Shown one piece after another: positions 55,320-64,000 of a DNA stretch of 64,000 nt. The notes beneath the pieces were generated by a model, which made no database searches, was not told where the DNA came from, and was given only the letters and a program-made list of their open reading frames with translations. Numbering within the stretch: position 1 is the first letter of the stretch; each line of letters begins with the position of its first letter. Origin of the DNA: an uncultured Chthonomonadaceae bacterium (GTDB lineage: Bacteria > Armatimonadota > Chthonomonadetes > Chthonomonadales > Chthonomonadaceae); contig CAWFQB010000004.1 of assembly GCA_963817895.1 (NCBI GenBank), positions 544,001-608,000 of the forward strand, written 5' to 3'. The position numbers were made by a program, and so were the translations under genes.

Positions 55320-57563
55320 CTATTTCTCCATGTCTACCGTGATGACCGTTCGGTTATGCGCCTTGTCCGTGAGAATGTAGGTGACAGCGCCTTTCTGAGC
55401 CGATAGTTGCTGACCCGATTGTTTTGGACTTCGCGGGCGCGGACGGCAGGGAAACGAGGGCGAAGAAAGTATGCGGGCGCGTACCCGGCTGTAAAGAGAT
55501 TTCTTCGCCCCGCGGCAGAAGCGCCTTGACGCGGGCGGTGTCCGGGCTGGCTTCCAGTTCCAGACGCAGGGTTGGATGCGCCAGATTCACGGTCAGGGCA
55601 CGCCCCAAACCTGTCGGCGGCGTGACATCCACATGGTAATGGAAAACTGCATTTTGCGCGTCCCGTCAGCAAGCACAATGACAATCTTAATGACATACGC
55701 GCCTTCTGCCGCATACGTCGGAATGTCGAAACGCGCTTCCCAGTGATGGCTTGCGGCATTGTACGCCAATCGCTTGATTTCGCCGCCGGGCATAATGGCG
55801 ATAACCTGCTGCGCGTCGGGCGGGGCTTCGATGGTGAGAAGCGGGTCGCCGTGCCGCGCCTGTAGTCCCTGATTGACATAATCCTGCGTGCGCAGTCCGG
55901 TCAGGTGGGCAAGCCGCTCCATTTCCGCAAGCGTTTGGGCCGACCGGGAAGCGTCATTCCGCTGTGAAGCCAACTCCTGTCCCAGTGCCTGCAGTTTCTG
56001 GTTTACCACCCAGAACGCGACGAAATTGGTATACTCGCCCTGATGGTTCTTGTACTGCGCGATCCGGTCCAGTTCCATTCGGAGTTTACGCGCTTCCGTC
56101 GTGCTTTCCGCATGATGGATATACAAGTCCGAAAGCGTTTCGCCGAAGTGATTGTATCGGTATTCAAAGTAGTTGTCCAGCGCGGTATTCGCGTCCTGTC
56201 CGGCTTTGCGGCACAACTGGCGCAGTTGTTCGCGCAGTTTGCGCGCCGTGGGACTGTTCGGGCGGTTGTTCAAAATCTCTTCGGCCAGTCGGCGCGTGAC
56301 CGGTTCGCGCTTCGCTTCCGCAATCTCTTTTTCGTAACGCAGCATTTCCAGTTGGGGTACGGCAAGCCACGAGGTAAAGCGAGAGGGCATCCCGTACCGC
56401 TTGCTTAACGCGATAACCGTAGCGCGGCGGCTGTTGTCCGCGCTCAGGGTGGACATGTAGGCCGCCGCCCACAGTTTGGAAGCAGGATTGTTCGGAACAT
56501 TGCGCGTGGGGAAAAGCAACGGCTGCGCCAGTGTAACCCGGCCTTCGCCAATCCAGTCTTTGTAACGCCAACTGCCACCCGTTTGAGGACCTTGATCCTG
56601 CTGCGACATCGAGTACCGTACGTTGGGCGATGTGCCGGATAGAAACACGCGCGCCTTCCCACTGCCTTTGTAACGTCCCACGACAGTATAAGCATGATGC
56701 GCTTTGATTGTGGCTGCCCCATCCGGCACGACCTGATACGTGGTGACGCCCTGAATACGTACTTTGGGAATGGCAATCAGGCGGTTCGGCGTCAGGACAA
56801 GCACAAAAAAGCCATCTTTGCCCCGTGTGGAGGGCGCGGCGTACAAAACGGCGCGAAGCGGCATCGGGGCGCGGCGCAAAAGAATCTGCAGGTCCTTTTG
56901 CGGTCGGTAATTGGTTCCATGCAGCCGAATGTCAACTCCGCTTGCGGTATGTTGAACAGGCAGGCCGTTCGCGTTGGTGACGCGCGTCACATCCCGGCTT
57001 GGTTTAACGTGTACTCTGACATCTACCGAATCCAGCGAACTCCCGCGCGGCATTTGCAGCGGAAACGTGTAGCTGGTTCCCTGCGCGTCGGAAGGCAGGG
57101 TTTGTACCAGCGTCATTTCTACTTTCAGGTCGCTGTTGGGCAGGACGGGGAAGATGCGGGCGCGAAACGAGTTCTTGCCGACCATCTCAACGAGCGCGGG
57201 ATCCCTCATGCGCGTCGTGATGTGCCGGTAAATCGCGGCGGCCTCCTGCTTTTCCACAATGTGGGCAACCACTTTTTCATGCCCGTACCAGTAGGCGAAA
57301 GCGGTAACAAGGGTGTTGGGCGGAAGCGTATAGATAAAATCGGCTTCGATCTGTTCCGCAGTTTCGTTCTGGAAGGTGAGCGCGAGTTTGTTGACGGCGG
57401 TCTGCCCCTCGATAGCGATATTCGCCTGAATCGCTTTGGTACGCAGGGGAACGGCATTGCGTCCATTGGGTTTGAGAATTACCTGCGTTCGGGCGTTCTG
57501 TGGGCAAGCTAAGGAAGCAAGAACAAGCAAAAGTATTGGCGCACAGCGAAACAATCGGAACAT
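55320..57563 (-). CDS. Secreted VIT-domain protein apparently lacking a vWA domain (frameshifts near the C-terminus)
   Basis: GGAGG plus ATG at 57563; signal peptide; TFQN..IEADFIY, DPALVEM, FRARIFPV; C-terminal GDPLL..WEARFDIP..DKAHN. Confidence 0.8.
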
Positions 57564-57607
57564 CAGGGATACCTCCAGAAAGTGCGGCTTACATTCGAGA
57601 CATTGCC

Positions 57608-57668
57608 AGTGTACAGCAAGGCTCGTGTCCGAAACCGTGTCCGAATTCAAGAGAATGTGTGTCACGAA
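57608..57668 (-). promoter_or_regulatory. Direct-repeat operator plus -10 element upstream of the VIT operon
   Basis: Minus-strand TTCGGACACG x2 (57624-57633, 57636-57645), a third GACAC at 57659-57663, and TACACT at 57608-57613. Confidence 0.5.
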
Positions 57669-57765
57669 GGCAGGAGTGGCGTGTCCGAAGAAGAAAAGTA
57701 AGTAGAATAGTGACGGCATTGAAAGAGCATGAAAAGAAGAAAGAAAGCGCAGGCAACACGAAAGT

Positions 57766-60700
57766 ATGGAACGCGACGGTGAAAATAGTACGCCTCCCCT
57801 GATAATCAAGTTGTTCGGCGCGATGGAAGTGCAGGTCAATGGCGTGTCCCTGCCCGGACTGCGTTCGCGTAAGGAGTTGTGGCTGCTGGCGCTGCTCACT
57901 TTGCAAAATGGCAGGCCGGTGAAACGCGCGTGGCTTGCGCAGGAGCTATGGCCGTTTCCCGACCATGCCGTAGATCAGGCGGCCTACAACCTGCGCCGGG
58001 GGCTGACCAATCTGCGCAAAGCATTGGGAACGGAAGCGCATCGGCTGCAATCCCCCACGCACGACACGCTGCGCCTGAATGTTGAGAATGCAAGTGTTGA
58101 TACAGCCGAATGGGAGGCTGCGCGGCAACTGAAGGATGTCGGATCGCTGGAATCCGCGCTGGCCTGTTACGCGGGGCCGTTGCTTCGGGAGTGTACCGAA
58201 CTATGGGCCGCGCAGCAGCGGACGGAAAAGGAACAGCAGTATCTACAGGTGTTGCAGGCGCGGAGCGAATTGGCCGGTTTAGAGGAGGATTGGGAAACGG
58301 TAGTACGCTGTTTGCGGCGCGTTGTCGAAATTGATCCGTTTTGTGAATTGGCGCAGCGCGGCCTGATGCGCGGGCTGGCGCAGAGTGGAAACCACTACGC
58401 CGCGCTGCAAGCGTATCAGGAATTCAGCCTGCGCCTGCACCGTGAGCGCAACACCCTGCCCGAACCGGAAACTACAGCTCTGTATGAAAAACTCCGCGCG
58501 GAACTGCGGGACCGACCACGCGCCGAAAACAGAAAACATAGAAGCGGCATCCGCATTGCCGAACGCGGAAGGGGATGCGAAAACCGCTGCGCCACTTCGC
58601 CGCCTGCCCGTTCCCCTGACCGCATTGATCGGGCGCGCGCAGGAGTTGGAAGCCATTCGCAGCCGCTTCCAACAGGCGCGTTTGCTGACGCTCACGGGCG
58701 CGGGCGGCATCGGCAAAACCCGGCTGGCAATCCAACTCGCTGAAGAACTCAGCGAGGGAATTCGCGGACGGCGTTTGTTTTGTGGATATGTCTGCCCTGA
58801 CGGACGGGGAACAGATCGCGCAAATGGCTGTCGCCGCGCTGACGATACGCGAAACATCGCAGAGTTCGCCCCTGCAAACGCTGCTGGACTATCTCCGCGA
58901 CAAACACCTGCTTCTGCTGCTGGACAACTGCGAACATCTGGTGGATACGTGCGCCGCGCTTGCCGAAACGCTCTTGCAGCATTGCCGCGCATCTGCATAT
59001 TCTGGCGACAAGCCGACAGCCGCTGGACGTGCAGGGGGAGAGCGTGTGGCGCGTATCCTCCCTGTCCCTGCCGGACGCAAAGCAGTTGCCGGGTGACAAT
59101 GCTTCCCTGACAAATCTGCTGCAAACCTACGCCGCCATTCAACTGTTCGTGGAGCGCGCGATGCAGGCGCAATCCGATTTTGTGTTGACCCCGCAGAACG
59201 CGCCCGCCGTGCTGCAAATCTGCCGGCAATTGGACGGTATTCCTCTCGCCCTCGAATTGGCCGCCGCCCGCGTCAAAGCTTTGCCGGTAGAACAAATCGC
59301 CATTCGCCTGGATGACCGTTTCCGACTGCTGACAAACGGCCCGCGCACCGCCCTGTCCCGGCAGCGCACGTTGGAAGCCGCCATTAAATGGAGTTTCGAC
59401 CTGTTATCTGAGGAGGACCGCGCCATGCTGTCCGCCCTGTCCGTGTTCGTCGGCGGCTGGACACTGGAAGCGGCGGAAGCGGTTTGTGAGGAAAGAAAAG
59501 GAGAAAAGGAGAAGAGGAGAAAAGGAGAAGAGGAGAACCAATCCACGATGAACGGTTTAGCGCGTCTGGTGGATCGGTCATTGGCAATTTATGAGCAGGA
59601 GGGCGGGCAGGCGCGGTATCGTTTGCTGGAAACAGTGCGGCAGTACAGCCGGGAAGAACTGGCGGATGAGGCAGCCGCGCAATAGGGGCGGGAACGGCAT
59701 CTGGATTACTTATCTGCGATCTGGCGGAGGAAGCCAGTCCGCATCTTCAGGGGAAGCAGCAGGCGCAGTGGCTGACGCGGCTGGAAACGGAGCATGATAA
59801 TCTGCGCGCCGCATTGGAATGGAGTTTGCACCCATTCCCCGGCGGCAGAGCGCGGCCTGCAAATGGCGTCGCTGTTATGGCGTTTCTGGCACAAGCGCGG
59901 CTATTTGAGTTTGGGACGGCAAATGCTGGCGAACGCGCTGGAACGGACAGCATCCGTTGGGGACACGCCAATTCGCGCCGAAGCCCTGAACGGCGCGGGA
60001 ATGTTGGCCTGCTTGCAGGGAGATCACGCGGCGGCGGGGGCGTACTTTCAGGCAAGCCTCGCGATTGGAAACGAGCGCGGGGATGCGATGCTGCGAGCCA
60101 ACGCGCTGCACAGTCTGGGACAAATGGCGTGGAACCGCCACGATTACGCGCAGGCGCGGCATTATTTCGCGCACGCGCTTGCGCATGCATCGGGAATGTC
60201 TCCGGGCCGGCGCAGGTTGCCGATCACGCTGAACTATCTCGGCGTGGTTGCCAGTGATGAGGGGGATCACGACGCGGCGCAGCAGTATTTCGAGGAGGGG
60301 CTGGCAATCGGCACGGAACTGGACGATGAGAATTTGATTGCGAGTTCGCTGCACGGATTGGCGCACCGCGCCTTTTACTGCAAGGATTACCCGGAAGCGC
60401 GGCGGTTTTACAGCGAAGAACTGACGCTTGCGCGGCGTCTGCACGACCGCGAATTGACGGCGAAAACGCTGCACCGTCTGGGCTGCGTGGAACACGAACT
60501 GCACAATTACCCTGCCGCCCGCGCCCTGTTTGAGGAGAGTCTGACGCTTGCCAGAAAACTGTCGTACCGCGATTTGCTGTCCGCCGTGCTGTACAGTCTT
60601 GGCAAAACGGCTTCCGCGCAGCAATACTACGCCTTTGCCCGCGACTGTTTTGCGGAACGGCTGGCAATCAGCGCACAGGCCGGGGACAAGCCGGGATTGT

Positions 60701-60948
60701 TTTACACGCTGGACGCGGTTGCCGCCATGCTGGCAGCGCAGGGACAGGCGTTTCGCGCCGTGATGCTGTTCGCCGTCGTTCAAACGCTTCGCGAATCGCT
60801 GCTGCTGCCGCCGCCGCCCGAAATTGTCTCAGAAACGCCGCGCCTGCAAGCCGCCCGCGCCGCATTGGGCGAGACAGAATTTATGCGGGCATGGGAACAG
60901 GGACGTCTCTTATCTTTGGAAGAAGCCATTGAACAGGCTGTGCAATAA
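57766..60948 (+). CDS. AfsR/SARP-type regulator: wHTH-BTAD, STAND ATPase and TPR (frameshifts and one in-frame TAG near 59683)
   Basis: [34 protein letters not shown]-loop; [26 protein letters not shown] repeats. Confidence 0.88.
59486..59536 (+). repeat. Purine 8-mer array in-frame inside the STAND regulator
   Basis: gtgaggaaagaaaaggagaaaaggagaagaggagaaaaggagaagaggaga. The first 28 nt are identical to the GT4 cassette at 30059-30086 (minus strand). Confidence 0.85.
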
Positions 60949-61018
60949 GTTGCGCGGCTGTGATAACGAAGTCTGCCTTCGCGGACTGAAGGCCAACGGT
61001 TTGCCTCAAAGGTGAAGT

Positions 61019-62327
61019 ATGAAATTTCGCGTGTTCCTGATGATAACGACTCTGGGGTTGCTGGTACTTGCGCTTGCTGTCGTCTGGCAACTGCATCGGC
61101 AGCGTCAGGGCAGTGAATTATGTGCCGCTATTCGGAATGGAGATACAAGTGTTGCTCTGGCACTGCTGCACAATGGCGCGGATCCAAATACGCGGCAACC
61201 TTTCAACCCGGATACCACACCAATGCAGGCATTGCAGCGCCTTTCGGAACCATTGGCGCAATCCACAAAAAGCCGCCAATGCATACTACGGCGCGTCCGT
61301 GCTGCAACTCGCGGTTCAAAAAGACAATGTTGTTGTTATCAAATATCTCTTGGAGCATGGAGCAAGCGATATTAACGCACTCGCCATACATGATGGGAAT
61401 TATCCCTTTGAAGAACCCCCTGCGCTTGTTGCTGTAGTTACGGCGTTCAAGCATCCTGACTTAGCGTGGATGTTTTTGAAGCGAGGGGCAACGCGTTCGC
61501 AAGAAGATAAAGAACGCTTGTTGTGCGCAGCAGCTTACGCGGACAACATGGAACTGGTTCGTTATCTGGTAAATACCGGCATCAATGCCAATGGCGGCGC
61601 AAAGTGGGATGAGTTCAACAATCCTGACAGAACTCCTCCACTGTTGGACTCCGTTCGCAATCGAAATATCGAAATGGCAACCTTGTTGCTGGAACATAAT
61701 GCCCGAATTAATTTTACCTTTGCGCTCACATCAGTCATGACAGAGGCTGCGGAAAATGGCGACAACGCCATAATCAAACTGCTGTTAGCGCGCGGCGCGA
61801 ATGTAGATGTGGCAGTAGATTTAGGAACACCCTTGTGCGTTGCGGCTGAAAACGGGCATTTAGATGTGGTGAAAACCCTCGTGGCTGCAGGGGCTAATGT
61901 CAACTATAAGAACAACATGGGGGCGGTGCTGACACGCACGGAAGGGATAGATGGTTCTGATAATAATCGCTTGTCCATTCTGAAACTGCTGCTTACAAAA
62001 GGCGCTAAAGTGAATGAGCCGGAGGAAGATGGCTGGACAGCATTACTGGGAGAAGCCTATGCGGGCAAAGCAGTATTGGTAAAACTCCTGCTGGACTATG
62101 GCGCGGATGTAAACCATTATGACATCCACTGCAATACGGCATTGACGGATGCTATCACTGAAAACCATGTCAACGTTGCCCGCTTGCTGCTGTTACGAGG
62201 CGCAAAAATCAGAATGGCAGTCAGGAATAAATACGGCAATAACCCCGCGCAAATACACATTGATGCAATGAAGAAGGAGAAAACGCCCGCCATGAAAGCG
62301 TTGCTGCGGCGTTATGACAAGCATTAG
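61019..62327 (+). CDS. Membrane-anchored ankyrin-repeat protein (frameshift near 61240)
   Basis: N-terminal TM; GTPLCVAAENGHLDVVKTLVAAGANVN and similar repeats. Confidence 0.88.
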
Positions 62328-62468
62328 CCAGTTTGTCAGGGATTTTCAACACCCGGAACAGGGTGTCTCGCGCCGGATAAAGTTTGCTTCCTCAAGGAAC
62401 GCCAAAAAAAGAGTATACTATTCTATGCGTTTTGTTAGGCGCGTGTTACCTGCTTTGTGGAGGGAACT

Positions 62469-63255
62469 ATGACGGCGACCGTTTCGGCAAAAACCGCTTC
62501 CAAAATCAAAAAACCATATTACCCGACCCGGGATGGAGAACCGATGGCCGAGTTTGATTTGCACTGGGACGTAACCGCATACTGCTGTAATGCGCTGCGC
62601 TCGCGCTATGCGTCTCAGCCCAATGTGTATGTTGCCAGCGACAACTTTCTCTACTATGAACGGGGCCAGCCGAAATCGGTCGTTTCGCCGGACTGTTACG
62701 TGATCTTTGGCGCGGGGATGCGGATGCGCGAACTCGTACAAGGCATGGGAAAACGGCGGACTTCTGCCGGATGTGGTTATCGAAATCACTTCCAAAAAAA
62801 CCCGAAGCGTAGACATAGGGAGTAAGTATCAGACGTATCAGGATGTCTTGCGCGTGTCGGAGTATTTTCTGTTCGATCCGACAGCGGATTATATAGACAC
62901 GCGGCTGCGCGGCTACCGACTCGGCGAGAACGGCTACGAACCGATTGTGCCGGATGCGCAAGGACGTCTGCACAGCGAACAACTTGGGCTGGAACTGACC
63001 GTACAGGGAAATCGCTTGAAGTTTTTCGACGCGCAGACGGGCATGTACTTGCTGACTTACTATGAATTAGAGGCGGCAAAACGGTCTGAAGCGCAACGCG
63101 CCAATGAAGAAGCGCAACGCGCCAATGAAGAAGCGCAACGCGCCAATGAAGAAGCGCAACGCGCCAATGAAGAAGCGCAGGCAAGAGCTGAAGTGGAAGC
63201 GGAAAACACTCGCTTACGGGCGGAACTTGCAAAGTTCCAATCCGGCGGAATGTAG
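62469..63255 (+). CDS. Uma2/DUF820 PD-(D/E)xK-fold protein with a coiled-coil tail (frameshift near 62730)
   Basis: DGEPMAE, VSPDCYV, PDVVIEITS and EYFLFDP motifs. Confidence 0.88.
63088..63179 (+). repeat. 21-bp coding tandem repeat x4 (EAQRANE)
   Basis: gaagcgcaacgcgccaatgaa x4 plus a partial copy. Confidence 0.95.
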
Positions 63256-63343
63256 CGCCGGATTGCAGCGTGTTCAAGCCTGCCGCCAATCAGAAAAAGT
63301 ATTTTCTACAATCTGAAAACCAGGAAGCAAGGAAGTAACGATT

Positions 63344-64000
63344 ATGCCGGTTTGTGTCGGCGTCGCGTTCAAGCGCGTCGCCAAATCGTATTGGTTCGAT
63401 CCCGATGGGCTGACGCTCGATGAGAACGACCGCGTGATTGTGGAAACCACGCGGGGCGCGGAACTCGGCATCGTGAAAATCGGGCAGCGCAGTGTCGGCG
63501 ACGAGGAGATTCAGTCGCCGCTGAAGCGCGTGATGCGCCGCGCCGAAGACCGCGATCTCGAACAGGAGCGCCAGAACCGCATCAAAGCGCGGCAGGCGCT
63601 TGCCCTGTGTCAGGAGCGCGTGAAATCCTACAACATGCCAATGAAACTGTTGCAGGCCGAGTACAATTTCGATGGCAGTCAGGTCACGGTCTATTTCGCG
63701 GCGGAAGCGCGCGTGGATTTCCGCGAACTCGTGCGCGATGTGGCCGGACATTTGCGCTGCAAGGTACAATTACATCAGGTTGGGGCGCGGGATCAGGCCA
63801 AAATGATTGGCGGCATCGGGCCGTGTGGCCTGACGCTGTGCTGCGCTACCTTCCTTTCTGATTTCGCGCCCATTTCCATGAAAATGGCGAAAGATCAGAG
63901 CCTGTTCCTGAACCCCGTAAAATTTTCGGGCGTATGCGGCAAATTGATGTGCTGCCTGCGTTACGAACACGACCCCGAAGGCGAGGCGAAACCGCGCCTG
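63344..64000 (+). CDS. PSP1-domain / RicT (YaaT)-like protein, runs off the window
   Basis: MPVCVGVAFK..YWFDP, VIVETTRG, RVDFRELVRD, GGIGPCGLTLCC and GVCGKLMCCLRYE. Missing from the ORF track because it has no stop in the window. Confidence 0.88.
   Translation, partial: MPVCVGVAFKRVAKSYWFDPDGLTLDENDRVIVETTRGAELGIVKIGQRSVGDEEIQSPLKRVMRRAEDRDLEQERQNRIKARQALALCQERVKSYNMPMKLLQAEYNFDGSQVTVYFAAEARVDFRELVRDVAGHLRCKVQLHQVGARDQAKMIGGIGPCGLTLCCATFLSDFAPISMKMAKDQSLFLNPVKFSGVCGKLMCCLRYEHDPEGEAKPRL

Noticed and set aside
59683..59685. Programmed stop read-through (pyrrolysine/recoding) in the regulator
   Set aside because: A single TAG in an error-rich gene, next to another frameshift; no supporting machinery is visible.
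63088..63179. CRISPR-like array
   Set aside because: Contiguous 21-bp units without spacers, encoding the usual coiled-coil tail of Uma2 proteins; no cas genes.
57766..63255. Anti-phage (Avs-like) STAND defence locus with ankyrin and Uma2 nuclease
   Set aside because: The N-terminus is a wHTH-BTAD transcription module rather than a toxic effector; the ankyrin and Uma2 genes are common and show no evident coupling.

Overview
GC-rich bacterial chromosome segment. The gene content and style suggest Armatimonadota, but that is an inference. Many otherwise intact genes are broken by single-base frameshifts, most plausibly long-read assembly errors, so several coordinates join ORF fragments. Contents in order: (1) the end of a Wzx/Wzc-type surface-polysaccharide cluster (1-9.0 kb, +); (2) an enolase-superfamily/epimerase/DHDPS-like sugar-acid cassette, a Gfo/Idh/MocA enzyme, two tandem secreted CARDB proteins and a GH92 mannosidase (9-19.4 kb); (3) a second polysaccharide cluster (19.4-33.1 kb; gmhB, gmhA, lhgO, aminotransferase, GNAT, priming transferase, glycosyltransferases, Wzy-like protein, divergent wecC); (4) a DUF6785-type membrane protein, a DUF4091-type glycosidase and other sugar-catabolic genes (33-45.9 kb); (5) a ~7.7 kb decaying island (toxin-antitoxin pair, AraC regulator, oxidoreductases) bounded by a duplicated gene 3' end (45.8-53.65 kb); (6) a BTAD-STAND-TPR regulator divergent from a vWA-less VIT protein plus beta-propeller operon; (7) ankyrin, Uma2 and PSP1/RicT genes. 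The strongest unexplained signals are short 7/8/9-mer tandem-repeat cassettes that form long inverted hairpins between genes and also sit in-frame inside protein linkers, the island's alternative C-terminus, and SARP/OmpR-like phased direct repeats upstream of secreted-protein operons. I recognised no rRNA, tRNA, CRISPR array, integrase or transposase.
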